The notes below the pieces were generated by a model. It made no database searches and was not told the origin of the DNA. It worked only from the letters and a program-made list of their open reading frames with translations. This document shows positions 34,899-45,824 of a stretch of DNA of 64,000 nt, one piece after another. Origin of the DNA: an uncultured Planctomycetaceae bacterium (GTDB taxonomy: Bacteria > Planctomycetota > Planctomycetia > Planctomycetales > Planctomycetaceae); NCBI GenBank assembly GCA_963813715.1, contig CAWFAK010000014.1:96001-160000 (forward strand), given 5' to 3'. The translations under genes were made by a program, and so were the position numbers. Position 1 is the stretch's first letter, and each line of letters begins with the position of its first letter.

Positions 34899-36748
34899 GT
34901 GACTGTTGTCGACGATGCCCGCCTGTTGGAGCTTGCTGCACGTCGCCCGAGGGATGTGTTTCCCATCCTGGAGCGGGCCGCGTCGCTCTCGCCGCTGGTC
35001 GTCGTGCTCACCGTGTTGCCTGGCGTGGTGGCTTTGCAATCTGCGACGCTCTCCGAGACGGATGCCCAGTGGCGGTTGAAGGGCCTCGAGCTTTCCACCG
35101 TGCCGAGCATTTTCGACGCGGTCGATCCGGCGGCGACAAGCAGCGTGACGGCGCTTAAATTCCAGCCGCCTTTGAGCAGCTGGTTGGTTGCTGCGGCTGA
35201 CCGGTGGCTGCCCTTCGATGCGAATTCGGTGCCCCTTCTGGAATATCTCTCGGCGGCGTGCCTGGTACCGGCCTGTTTCTTCTTGATGTCCCGATTGGCC
35301 GGCCGGCGCGTGGGATTCCTCGCAGCCGCGCTGGCTGCGTTCCACGGAACGTTTCTCCAGCAATACCGACACGCCGGCCCGCAGGCTCTGGCCGTGGCGG
35401 CGGCGCTCGTCGCGTTTTGGGGCTTTTTGGGCCACATCTGGCAGGCGACGGAGATCGTGTCGATCGACCTATTAATCGGCGGTCTCGCCCTGGGCGTGTG
35501 CCTGTTGGCGGGCGGGCCGCTGGCCTTCGCCGTGGTCGGTGTGCTGCTCCTGGTGTCGCTGGTGCGGATCGACCCGCACATCGAAACTCGCCACGGCGGA
35601 TTTGGCCGCTCGTCTCCCGCCACGTCGACGAGTCGTGGCCGACGCTTGTGGTCTACCTGGCACGCGGTGCGCTCGGTGGGCGTGATGGCGGCCACGGCCT
35701 TTGCTGCCGGCGGATGGTGGGAGTTGATGATGCTTTACTCCCATGGCCGCGAGTTCGTTGCCGCGTGGCTTTTCGCAGTGCCCGGTTCCTCCGCGTCCGG
35801 GCTGCCCGCGGAGACTGCACAGACAGCCGACATGGCCCCGCAAATCTTCAGCGAACTTTTGGCTGCCGGCGGCGCGCTCGCGGGCTTGACGGTGTTGGGG
35901 TTGTGGATCATCGGCCGGCGGACGTTTGGCCGCGGCGGCCACTTCGTGCCAGCCAACGCGGAATCGCGGGGCGTCTGCGATTTGTCGCCATCTGGGTCGC
36001 CGTTTCCGCGGTGGTGTTCGCGGCGGGGGTTTGGCGCGGAGGCACGGCATCGCTGTATCTCGACATGTGGCGGCTGTTCTTCTCGGCGGCTTGCGTTTGC
36101 ACGGCGGCGACGGCCATCGACGAAGTCATCCGCCGCAAGATCGGCCTGCTTGATTTTGTCTGCCTGACCTTCGCCACGTTGGGATGCGGTTATGGCTTCC
36201 TCCTGACGGAACGGTTGGTTCCCCACGCTTCGATGCGTGGCGTGTTCATCGCGATGGCCGCCTCACTTTTGTTGGCGAGCGCCGTTCAGCAGTTCTGCCG
36301 CCGCGGCGAGTTGCGGGAGTGGCTGTTGATCAGCGGCCTGTTGGCGGCGTTCGTCCTCGGCGATGCGGTCATAGGCATCTCCAGGCTCGAGGCGGCCGAC
36401 CCCGATTGCCAATCGCTGCACGCGTTCGCCCGCAGCCTGCTGCCCGATCATGTCGATGCCGAGGCCTGCCTGTTGATCAGCGAAGGGCCGCCCCCCGCGC
36501 GACTGCAGTACGCGCTCAAGTCAGTCTGGCCCAAGGCCCAGCTGTTCGCGGTGAGAGACTGGGACCAAGCGCTGAAGGTGGCAGTCGGTGAGAGCGGCAC
36601 GCCGAAGACGGCCGTCGTCGTCGACTGGAGCCGCGGCAACTCGCGTCCGGCCAACCCGACCGGCGCCCGCTGGGACGCTCCGCCCATCGGCAATCCACAG
36701 TTTTTCGCTCAGCGGCCCCTGCGGGCGTACGTGCTCGTCTGGGAATGA
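34899..36748 (+). CDS. ArnT/PMT-like membrane glycosyltransferase-type protein (frameshift near 35970)
   Basis: FQPPLSSWL motif, many TMs, periplasmic C-terminus, next to the epimerase. Confidence 0.6.
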
Positions 36749-36900
36749 TTTTGGCTCGCCCGCGTCGATTCGCGGCCTCGTTCACCGCGCGGACCCGACC
36801 GCGATTTGGCCGCCAATCGGCGGTTATTGCCGAAACTTTGCGGGAGGGTGGACCAAAACGACGTCGTCGGCAAAAAAATCTAAAAAGCAGAGATTCCGTG

Positions 36901-36929
36901 TTGACGCGTTTTGTCAAAAGCCTTATCGT
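36901..36929 (+). promoter_or_regulatory. Putative sigma70 promoter
   Basis: TTGACG-17-TATCGT; TTGAC-N7-GTCAA palindrome overlaps -35. Confidence 0.55.
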
Positions 36930-37067
36930 CCCGCCCGCCATTCGACTGCTCACATCAGTTCGCCAACAACCTGACACCAAAATACTGCCGGCAAAAAGGA
37001 GACGCAGCGCGCGACCTCGCGTGCGAGCTTGTCGAAATCTTTTCGCGCGGCTCATGAGCCAATCGCC

Positions 37068-37124
37068 CCCGGAAGCGACAGGTGTCCTATGCCCCCCTGG
37101 GACCCGTCGCTTCCGGGCTTTTTT
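37068..37124 (+). terminator. Strong intrinsic terminator
   Basis: 12-bp perfect stem CCCGGAAGCGAC/GTCGCTTCCGGG plus T6. Confidence 0.8.
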
Positions 37125-37176
37125 ATGCGCCGACAATTCGTTCCGCCAATTCACTGATCGAGAATTGCGGAACCGC

Positions 37177-37461
37177 TTACTTCGGGCGCCCATCTTCAGA
37201 CGAATGCTGCTGCCGCCCCTCGCGCGACCGGGAGGCGGCATCCAGCAGGTCGGCCGCGGAGAACATCAGGGTCTGTCCCGGCTTGTGCGCAGGGATCCTC
37301 CGCCGGTTCTTCATCGCCGAAAAGCTGCGACCATTCGCCAGGTTCAAGAGCGCGGCCCAGCCATTCGAATCGAGCGTCAAGCCATCAATGATGCACGCGC
37401 TCGTGGCCAGTCGCAAAAACCGGTCGAGAATGATGCGCGCACTCTTCAGACTCCGCCGCAC
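37177..37461 (-). CDS. Excisionase-like (HTH_17-like) small DNA-binding protein
   Basis: WAALLNL...RRIPAHKPGQTLMFSAADL resembles the wing of MerR/excisionase HTHs. Confidence 0.45.
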   Translation of the reverse strand: MRRSLKSARIILDRFLRLATSACIIDGLTLDSNGWAALLNLANGRSFSAMKNRRRIPAHKPGQTLMFSAADLLDAASRSREGRQQHSSEDGRPK

Positions 37462-37648
37462 GGCGAATTGATCCGATCAGCCAATTGAGATTATCGATTA
37501 ATTCGTTAAGCTGCGGTGCGGGCGCAGGTGGTGAATTCTGCTTAGGCTTGCGGCTTTTTTCTTGACGCTTTCGTGCGCAGCGTTAGCGTAGCGGTTGTTG
37601 GCCACGAGTTTTTCCCTTGAAGCGGGGTCAACTTAAAGCCGGCAACCT

Positions 37649-37691
37649 GGAGTCCCTCGGGCGCTACCACGCTCGAGGGCTCCTTTATTTT
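37649..37691 (+). terminator. Intrinsic terminator
   Basis: GGAGTCCCTCGGGCG-CTACCA-CGCTCGAGGGCTCC-TTTATTTT. Confidence 0.7.
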
Positions 37692-38412
37692 GTGCCGGCC
37701 GTTTTGCTGGGCTTGTGCTTGGCCGCCCCGGATTGCGATCGCGGCCGTCTTTTTTCAGGCACCTCCTTCTGGCTCACTTGCGAGCGAATCGGCCCCGTTT
37801 AGGTCGACGAGTTCGCCTGTTTGGCTTCGACCAACTCGACGGCGACGAAATCTCCCGTCATGAATTTCGCGATTTCTCCCTCGGCCACTGGTGGAATTGA
37901 CGATTCGTGCGCAGTGCCGCCGCGCCGCGATCATGCGTGGCCGGCCGATTAAACCCGGAGAGTTTGGTGCAGCGGCGCGATGGTGCGCCGCTTACACGCT
38001 GGAGAATCTGTGCTCGGTTCCGCCTGAATCCATTCCAGGCACGCTTCGTCTTTTGATTCTGCTCGGCTTTCTTCGCGGCACGCACGCAACCTCGAGGGGC
38101 GTGCCGCGTTTGTCGGGGATCGCGGCGGTTTTCCTCCGCGGCGACAAACGCGAGCGGCGCGGCCGCGAAACGCGGTCCGCCTCAGGTCCCACGAGAGACC
38201 GTCTCCAAACAAACGGCAGAAGCAGGAGCAGAACCGAAAACAGCGGGCGGCAGGTCGGGCTGCCGCCGCCGCACAGATGGGAGGGCTGCGCTCTGGAAAT
38301 CATGCCAGCGCGCCGGGTCCGCCGCTCGCGGTCTCCGAAATTCGGAGATGCGCGGTGCCGCAGACTCTGGCACGCTCTGCTTCCGTGTCGCCAATACTCC
38401 CTCCGGCAAACC

Positions 38413-38452
38413 AAAAACCCTCGACCTGCCCCGCAGAGGGACGGACCGAGGG
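38413..38452 (-). terminator. Intrinsic terminator
   Basis: Minus strand CCCTCGGTCCGTCCC...GGGGCAGGTCGAGGG-TTTTT. Confidence 0.6.
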
Positions 38453-39349
38453 CTCCAAGATGGGGATTCGTCGGTGGTGCAATCGTCTTTGCTAGCTGTC
38501 TGTCATCATCGCGCATCGACACTTGGTGGCGCTCCGCGAGGCAGACGCGAAAATTTTCTCCTCGAATCGAATGCTCGCTCGATGACTCGGTGGACCCAAA
38601 GTTGAAATCAAAACTGCAGCAATTGGATTCAGAACCGCAGTCGAAGTCGGTCGCGTTCCCCTCGACACGGCGGCCCGACGCGGAGATTGGTCGATCGATC
38701 GTCTGAACGAGCGACGGGATCTCAACGGCTCGCGCTGGACAAGGTCGGCACAACGACGGCGATTCGTCGGACTGAGAGCGCGGCGCGAAGAGCCGCGAAT
38801 TCAGGAAAGGGGAAGAGCGCGCACGACTCGCGATTTCGGCAGGGATTCGTTGTTGCGAATTCGACCCGCCACTGCCCAGCGTCCAAGCACCCTGTTAGCC
38901 CGCCGCCATCCATGACCGCACCGGCTCTGCCCGCGAAGTGCGCGTTTTTTTGAGGGGTCCTTAATCGTAACAAGGCCCTCGGCACTTGCGACAGGCAGTG
39001 GTCCATCGTCGGGATGATGGGTGCGGACACGTTCTGCTGCCCGCTACAGGCCCGGACCCTGCCGGAACAATGGCTGCCCGCCTTGGCATGTACTGGCGTT
39101 CACTAATTGTCTAGCGGCATGATACCGCGCGATGTTACGAAAACAAGCCACAAAATCTGGGGAAGATTCGGCAAGGGGGCGCAAGGGAAATGGCGTGGTT
39201 TATGTCACGAAGGGATGCCCCGGCCGGATGCCATCCACGACGCGCGACCGGCTCTCGTTCGCGGATGGAGACCTCCATTTCCGACGCGCGAGGCTGTTAC
39301 CGTCCAGTCGGTAATTGACGGCATCCGAATCGCTCCATTAGATGGACGC

Positions 39350-39633
39350 ATGGGTCGCAAGCCTCTCGAACAGCCGCGAAACTGGTCGGGCACGTCGGTC
39401 GGCACTGGGTGCGTCTCCGCCGCAAGCTCTTTGCCACGCAAGCGGAGTTCGCAGCCGCGCTCACCCGCAACGGCCTGAAGGTCACCACGCCGACGGTCTC
39501 AGAATGGGAGCGGGGCTTTCGCATGCCCAACCTGTCCGACCTCCTGGCGATCGCCGCCACGCTCGAGGTCCCAGTCCAATCGCTGATCCCGTCCAAGGCC
39601 TTCCTGACTAAATTCTGCGATAGCCAGAACTAG
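39350..39633 (+). CDS. XRE/Cro-family HTH regulator (5' frameshift likely)
   Basis: TQAEFAAAL...TVSEWERGFRMPNLSDLLAIAATLEV. Confidence 0.85.
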
Positions 39634-39892
39634 TCCTAGGACAGTTATTATGGACTGGCCATGGTTATTGGCGTCGCCCCTAAGGACGCCCGCATGACCT
39701 TGGCGCCGCTTCCCCTCAACGCTGCAAAAAACCGAGTGCGAAAGTTGGAAATACTCCCTCGCCGCGTGCGGTTCAGGCTGCCAAAGCGCCGCCGCCGATT
39801 CCCGTTCGCGTAGAAAGCGGCTCCTCGGCAGCGCCTTGTTCTGCAACTCTTTACAGTCGAATTTGCGGGACGCGGCATCGCGACCCGACTCG

Positions 39893-40258
39893 TTATGCGG
39901 TTGAGGTGGTGTTTGCCGCCTTGAAATCGTCGCATAATACGCAGACCTTTAGATCGGGACGGTCGTTGCGGTATCTCCGTCCCATACACTTGCCGTGCAA
40001 CTCGCACGCGAGGATGTCGAACGGTTGCCCCTTCATGCCGCATGCATTGCAAACGCCGCGCTCGAGGACTTCGCCTCGGTGAACGCACGTTGAGTTAAAT
40101 GGCGATCTGAGTCGTGGCTTGATTTTGATCGGCTGTGCGCGTTCGCAGATCCGGTGATATCGCTCAGGGGCTTCTGCGGTCATCCGCTCCACACCGCAAA
40201 CCGTGCAGCGGATTTGTCTGTTACCGACGCTGACAAATTGGCATTCGGAAGCGCTCAT
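39893..40258 (-). CDS. Cys-rich small phage protein
   Basis: CTVC, CVHRG, CNAC, CELHGKC, CVLC; ATGA overlap with upstream gene. Confidence 0.7.
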   Translation of the reverse strand: MSASECQFVSVGNRQIRCTVCGVERMTAEAPERYHRICERAQPIKIKPRLRSPFNSTCVHRGEVLERGVCNACGMKGQPFDILACELHGKCMGRRYRNDRPDLKVCVLCDDFKAANTTSTA

Positions 40259-41349
40259 GATGACCCTGCCGTCACTGTGACCGTTCCTGGGAAGCAACTC
40301 GATCGAGTCCCGCCTATTTCCGGCGTTAGCGTAAACGGGCCGGGTCCGCATAAGGGAAGTGGCCCCGGCGGGTCTAACGTGCCGACCCCCACGAGGTAGA
40401 ACGTCGGGAAGATTTCGCAGGTTGGTCTACTGAGGCCGTAATACGCCCCCGTATTGAAAGAGGCCGAGACGATGTATCCGTAGTTCCACCGATAAACCCC
40501 GACTGTAAAGTAGGCTGAGTATTCGACGTCGCCGTAGCCGCTGTTAAATGGTGGCAAATCAAATCCAGCGCCCCAGCCGCAGGTTAGAATGTCCTCGCCC
40601 CCGCCGTATCCACCGGCAATGTAGATTCCAGTAAATGGCAGTTCCCAACTGCCATTGATGCCAGGACCGCAGCAGAAGCCATCGCTCACGACTCCCGAGA
40701 TCGTCAGGATGAACGTTTCCGGCGGATCGACGCAGCCACACCCGCCGCCCTTGCATACCAACGTCCAATTACTAAATTGCGCCGCCTGCATTCCACAGAA
40801 CCCGGCATTAAACGTGGCGCCGGTCGCTAATTCTGGAAGTTGGACGCCGTCGTCGATTACGTATGTCGATGGTCCGTCCTGCTGAGTGGCGGTGCATGCA
40901 ATCTCGAAAGTTCCCGTCTGGTCTATTTCTACGTCAAGCGAAATTACCATTCCATTGTAAGGCGTGCCCGGGACCTGAACCGGGGCCCCGGCCGAGTTGC
41001 CGTGGGCGTCGCACGGCATTTGAAAAATCTGGTTCTGTGCCCAGTCGATATAAAGCACCCTGGCGCTGCCGATGAAGATGCCCGATTGGGCCGCGTTAAG
41101 GTCGTTCCAGATGGTCGCCTGCAGCGTCACTCCTCCGGCGGACCAAGTCCGATCGTTGGGTGCACTCGGATTAGGAGGATTGATCGAAGCCCTCCATAGC
41201 GAGCCGTTTCCGCCTTCCATCTGAAGGCGCGGGGACGCCGTCCACACTGGATTTCCCGCAAAGTCCGTTTGCGTGAATCCGACCGGGGCGTTTTGGGCCG
41301 AAGAACCCCAGCCGCAGGTGCAACAGCACGCACTTGACCAAAAAGACAT
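40255..41349 (-). CDS. Putative distal tail/receptor-binding protein with Cys clusters
   Basis: ACCCTC N-terminus, CKGGGCGC, FCCG; beta-rich; end of tail operon. Confidence 0.55.
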   Translation of the reverse strand: MSFWSSACCCTCGWGSSAQNAPVGFTQTDFAGNPVWTASPRLQMEGGNGSLWRASINPPNPSAPNDRTWSAGGVTLQATIWNDLNAAQSGIFIGSARVLYIDWAQNQIFQMPCDAHGNSAGAPVQVPGTPYNGMVISLDVEIDQTGTFEIACTATQQDGPSTYVIDDGVQLPELATGATFNAGFCGMQAAQFSNWTLVCKGGGCGCVDPPETFILTISGVVSDGFCCGPGINGSWELPFTGIYIAGGYGGGEDILTCGWGAGFDLPPFNSGYGDVEYSAYFTVGVYRWNYGYIVSASFNTGAYYGLSRPTCEIFPTFYLVGVGTLDPPGPLPLCGPGPFTLTPEIGGTRSSCFPGTVTVTAGSS

Positions 41350-41363
41350 TGCAACCCTTACTC

Positions 41364-42034
41364 TTAGCTGAGGCATGGATTGGCGGCGATGAGTTCCCAG
41401 CTTCCGTTGTTGTCGCCAACCCAATCGAACGTCACGCGGATCGGGGCCCCCGAAGATGCGGAGAGCGAGGCGTAGGGGTTATAGACGTTCGGGATCTGAG
41501 CTTTCGACGCCTGCTCGCTGGTCTTCGGACCGGTAATGACGAAAACCGTCCCGGACTGTTGGACATTAATGGTCGTCTGGATTTGGCCGCGGTAGGGGCC
41601 GAAGGCCGGCACGACGAGCGCGTAACCCTGCTGCGGCGAGTCGACCATCGCAAAGCCGGGCATGTCACGCGTCGCCGTCCAACTGCCGTTTGACGGGCCG
41701 CACAAACGGAACGGCGCATCATTGTTGTTCTTGTTGTGGGCCCGAAAGCGCAACGAGCAGCGGCAGGTCGAGGGTTGGTTGCGCAGACGCCGTTGCCTCC
41801 CGCTGGGACGCTCGCCGCACCGGTGATGTAGCACGCGTAGGGATTGATTGGATCGCCCGGCTGTTCTCCGAGAACGATGGGCGAGGTGACGCTGACGTCC
41901 GAGCCGCTTGGGTCCGGCATCTGCCAACCGGATGCTTCGATAATCGAGTACGGAGGGATATCCTGACCCGATTGGTTCTCGAAGCCGATCCAGCGGATGC
42001 GTCCGGCAAAACGGCTACTCAGCTCTTGAGGCAT
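41364..42034 (-). CDS. Phage tail protein (frameshifted)
   Basis: FENQSGQDIPPYSI...WELIAANPC over several frames. Confidence 0.55.
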
Positions 42035-43793
42035 GGCGTTGCACTTTGTCGAGACATCGACCGCGGAGGGTCTGGCATCGCGCGTAGAATCCACCCGTGC
42101 GCGTGTCCAACACACTCCGCCCGAACTGCGTTAGTGTGTAGGCGGCGTTGCGTTCTTTCTCGTTGCGGCGGCGAACCGACCAGGGGAGCACGTAAGGGTT
42201 GTGCTCGGTCGCCAGCGAGGCACGCGTCATCGTCGAGCCGCCCGGCCCGGACGAGATCGAATACGTCACTTGTTGGATCAGGCCGTCCACCTGAATCGGC
42301 ACGAGCCCCGCGTAAGGGACGTCGAGCGAATCTTGTTCGATGTACTCCTGGGCGGCTGCCTGCAGGTAGTAATTGGCCTCCGCGTTCAGGTCGTCGGAGT
42401 CCGTGTTGTCGGTGAAGTCGGTGAGGTCGAAGTTGTTGTCGAAAGTCCCGACGGATTTGCCGAATATGTCCTCGTGGCGAATGATGCGGGGCTGAGTCGG
42501 CACGGCTGAGCTGAGCTGCAGATCCTGGGTGTAGCGAAAGAACTCCCAGGTATCCGAGTCTCGAACCGAATAAGCGATCTTCACCTGGATGTTGGCGGGC
42601 GAGTACTTGCCGTTGGACACGGAGTAGAGCTGATCTTCGGTGATGATCAGCCAACGGTCTTCGTCCACCGTGATTCCGTTCTTGTAGGTTCCCTGCGTCG
42701 AATCTGGCGTCTGCACGGTCTGGCCGTACTTGGGATCGAATGAGCCCCAGATTTCCGGCTTTTTCGGCACCGTTTTCGTGGCATCGTTGGGATCGAAGTG
42801 TGTGTCGACGAGCCGATTGTAAAGTCTGAGCTGACGCATATCGGTTACGTCCGGCGCGTCGTTGCTCGGCACCTGGATGGGCCCATCGACACGCCACATC
42901 TTATAAATCGATTTTTCGACGAGGGGCAGAACGTCTGGCTCGTCATTGAAACTGGGAAAGCCGTTGGGGTCTTCAGTCTCCCAGCCGTTGTCCGGCGCGT
43001 AACTCAGGTCGTCCAGTTCCTGAACGGACCCGTCGGTGTCGATGCCGACTGCCGTCAAGGGGATGAATCCTTGAAAGACCCAGGGGCCGCCAACCAGCTT
43101 GATCGAGCTCGGAGTGTTGGGCGGATCGATTCCCTCCGAGATGAAAGTCTGCAGCCCGTTGTCGGGAAGGGGCTGGCCTTGGCCGACGCTCACGATTCGG
43201 ACGCTGTCGTCGGCGAGCCAGTAGACGACTCGGCAGCCCAGACTTTCGCAAAGCGATTGCAACGCTTCGGCCGGATTCGCGTAGGACCAGTCGATCTCGG
43301 GCCGCGAGTCGTTTGGTAGCGCAGAGACGTCGTAATTCTGTTCGTTCATTGCCTGCAAACAGAGCGTCGCAAGATCCTGCGGAGCTTGCTCCGTGCCCGG
43401 CCGAATGTTGTTGCCGTCGCCAGCTTCTTGGTTGTTGCTGGCGGTCGAGTTAAACCCTTCGTCCGCGTTCGCGCCTCCGGGCATCCGCAGGTTGTAATGA
43501 CCGGAGATGTAGCCGAACTTCCAGAGCCAACGCCGATCGAGAATCGTGATCCGCGCGATATAGCCTTTTTCGCTCTGATCGATGTGCGCGCTGTCCAACA
43601 GGCAATTCGGCAGGGCAATCCCCAGATCGTTGTACTCGAAGGTGAGATTGCCGGTGGGCTGCAAACCAGTCACGAGGTTTTGCGGCAGCTCAATGGTGCA
43701 CTTGCCGGGGCTGATGCCCTGCGAGAGGACGTACTCGGCCTTCGTAAATGTCGCCAGGCCGGGATAGCTGACGATTCCCTGCGGTGCGCTCAT
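42015..43793 (-). CDS. Putative tail hub/baseplate-type protein
   Basis: 592 aa acidic; ITILDRRWLWKF, ALQSLCESLGCRVV; position after tape measure. Confidence 0.6.
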   Translation of the reverse strand: MSAPQGIVSYPGLATFTKAEYVLSQGISPGKCTIELPQNLVTGLQPTGNLTFEYNDLGIALPNCLLDSAHIDQSEKGYIARITILDRRWLWKFGYISGHYNLRMPGGANADEGFNSTASNNQEAGDGNNIRPGTEQAPQDLATLCLQAMNEQNYDVSALPNDSRPEIDWSYANPAEALQSLCESLGCRVVYWLADDSVRIVSVGQGQPLPDNGLQTFISEGIDPPNTPSSIKLVGGPWVFQGFIPLTAVGIDTDGSVQELDDLSYAPDNGWETEDPNGFPSFNDEPDVLPLVEKSIYKMWRVDGPIQVPSNDAPDVTDMRQLRLYNRLVDTHFDPNDATKTVPKKPEIWGSFDPKYGQTVQTPDSTQGTYKNGITVDEDRWLIITEDQLYSVSNGKYSPANIQVKIAYSVRDSDTWEFFRYTQDLQLSSAVPTQPRIIRHEDIFGKSVGTFDNNFDLTDFTDNTDSDDLNAEANYYLQAAAQEYIEQDSLDVPYAGLVPIQVDGLIQQVTYSISSGPGGSTMTRASLATEHNPYVLPWSVRRRNEKERNAAYTLTQFGRSVLDTRTGGFYARCQTLRGRCLDKVQRHASRAE

Positions 43794-45034
43794 ACGGCCG
43801 TTCTCGTCAGCGTCAGGTTTTCGCCGAGTTCCAGGCCCGAGAGGTCGTCGGACTGCTCGAGTACGATCACGAGCGAGCCGACGACCTGGTCGGGGTCGAT
43901 GATCTGGCTCGAGTCGCCGTACTTTTGAATCGGGTTGGTGACCGTTTTCGGCTGTTGGTCTTTCGAGAAGTCCAAGACGCCCTTGTCGGCCACGACCGGA
44001 TTGCCGCTGATGGTGCCCGTCGAGTTCCAGGTGACGTAACCCGACTGGTTGACGGCAAGGCTGCCCGCACCGCCGATGCCGTAAACGGTGCAGGTTCCCG
44101 CGGTCACCAGCAGGGACGTCATGCCTCCATAGAAGGTGACGTTGCCGCCGTTTTGCGTGACTGTGCCGACGTTGGCCAGGGCACCGATGGTCAATTGCAC
44201 GTCGCCGTTGACGTTGGAGACGTAACCGACGTTGAGGTCGTCGACCGTCGCCACGTTGCCCGGAAAGAAGGCGATGCCGACCTGGCCTTTATTGACGTTC
44301 ACCACGTTGCCCGCATTCGTGCCGCGCCACGTGAAAGCCGGATTCCCCTGATCGAGCGGCTGGCCCGTGTTGTAGACGTTGAGCGTGCAGATGTTCAGGC
44401 CGACATTGATCTTGATGCGGCCCGAACCCTGGGCTGACGTGCCTGCGAATTGTCCGACGTTGAGCGACGTCGCCGACGCCGCAAGCTCCGTGGGGCGATA
44501 CTCGTAGTACCCCTTGAGGGGCAGGCCGATTGTGCCCGTGTAGGTCTGGTAAACGCTCAGGCTGTTGAGCGTGATCGAAGGCTGGCTGATGTTGTAGAGG
44601 CAGGCGACGTTGCCCGAGTTGAATACGACGTCGTCGCCGTTGGCGGGGATTGTATCGGACGACCAGTTAGCCGCGTTGTCCCAAAAGTTGGGGCCGGTGC
44701 AGGCTGTCGTCGCCGCTTGCGTGAACGTCGCGCTGCCGGACGTTTGTACGGAAAGGCTGATGGCAAACGGCACGCCTGCCGTGTTGCCCGTCAATGTAAT
44801 CGCGCTAATCGCGTTTTGCGGCGTGAATTCGCCGAACTCGGAGTAGGGGGCGTTGGCGAGGGCTGTGGCGAGGCCGTTGCAGACGTCGGCAATCGTGCCG
44901 GCCGCGGTCTGGTACGAAACGCTCTTGTTGTTGACGGTGACGGCGAATGTGTCGTTCTCGTTGGGGCTGGCAGGGGTCAGCGTCGTGACTTGAGCGACGG
45001 GCGCCGCGTTTCCGGTCCAGGTTTTCGTCGTCAT
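43790..45034 (-). CDS. Beta-rich virion protein
   Basis: G/N/T-rich, WDNAANWS..P.NGDDVVF, beta-helix-like repeats. Confidence 0.65.
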   Translation of the reverse strand: MTTKTWTGNAAPVAQVTTLTPASPNENDTFAVTVNNKSVSYQTAAGTIADVCNGLATALANAPYSEFGEFTPQNAISAITLTGNTAGVPFAISLSVQTSGSATFTQAATTACTGPNFWDNAANWSSDTIPANGDDVVFNSGNVACLYNISQPSITLNSLSVYQTYTGTIGLPLKGYYEYRPTELAASATSLNVGQFAGTSAQGSGRIKINVGLNICTLNVYNTGQPLDQGNPAFTWRGTNAGNVVNVNKGQVGIAFFPGNVATVDDLNVGYVSNVNGDVQLTIGALANVGTVTQNGGNVTFYGGMTSLLVTAGTCTVYGIGGAGSLAVNQSGYVTWNSTGTISGNPVVADKGVLDFSKDQQPKTVTNPIQKYGDSSQIIDPDQVVGSLVIVLEQSDDLSGLELGENLTLTRTAV

Positions 45035-45036
45035 GT

Positions 45037-45762
45037 TTAGCTCGCGTTGGGTAGTCCGGTGAGCGATCCGCTGGCCTCGAACGTGTACGACCAGCTGACC
45101 GGGTACTCGAGCTCGCCATAGCGTTGCGGCGAGCTGTATTTGATTTTTCGCTGCTGCTGAATTTCGGCCGCGGGCCAGGTTGGCGGGGGGACGGGCGGCG
45201 GCCCATAGAGCCCGATCGCCGACCCCGATTGAATCACGCGATACGTGCTCGCCTCGGAGGTTTGCTGCTGGATCCAATCGCCCTGCGCGACGGGAATCCA
45301 GACGACCACCGGGCCGCCGGTCCCCTCGAAGTCCAGGCTCTCCTCGAATTTGACGATGACGTCTGCGCTAGTGAGGGCCATTTCCCCCTCGATCGCGAAC
45401 GAATAGCTTCGCCCCGCCGCCGGCTGATACTCGGCCGTGCCGAGCGTGTCGGGAAAACTCGGGGCTTGCACCACCCGCGTGCCGCCGTTGCAATTAGCAC
45501 TGATCAAGGCGTGTGCGGTCGGCGTGATTCCATCGTCCAGGTACAGGACAAGGTTGTTGCCATCCACGGAGTACGCCGCGGTCAGCTGTTGAATGGCATT
45601 GGTCAGGTTCTGCTGCGTGGCATAGTTCAGCAGCAATCCCTGGCAGTCCCAACGTTCCTTGTAGGCATAGAAGAGCCCGCCCTGCGAACGCATCGGCTCG
45701 CGCGTAATGCGAATGCTGACTTCGTTCTGGCTGTGCTGATAAGGGCCGTATTTGACGATCAT
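45037..45762 (-). CDS. Putative distal tail protein
   Basis: First same-strand gene after the tape measure. Confidence 0.55.
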   Translation of the reverse strand: MIVKYGPYQHSQNEVSIRITREPMRSQGGLFYAYKERWDCQGLLLNYATQQNLTNAIQQLTAAYSVDGNNLVLYLDDGITPTAHALISANCNGGTRVVQAPSFPDTLGTAEYQPAAGRSYSFAIEGEMALTSADVIVKFEESLDFEGTGGPVVVWIPVAQGDWIQQQTSEASTYRVIQSGSAIGLYGPPPVPPPTWPAAEIQQQRKIKYSSPQRYGELEYPVSWSYTFEASGSLTGLPNAS

Positions 45763-45824
45763 GGACTTTGGACTGTTGGCGGATTTAAATTGGGAGGTGC
45801 CGCGAATTGTTTTGGAGCTAACTC

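Noticed and set aside
36930..37124. Assignment as 6S RNA, SRP RNA or a riboswitch
   Set aside because: No diagnostic motif or end-to-end pairing visible; kept only as an unassigned candidate
37891..39030. Overlapping 100-270 aa ORFs on both strands
   Set aside because: Arg/Pro/Ser-rich with no recognisable domain; may hide a frameshifted or decayed phage gene but I cannot support a call
40255..41349. Diversity-generating retroelement target
   Set aside because: No reverse transcriptase and no template/variable repeat pair seen in the window
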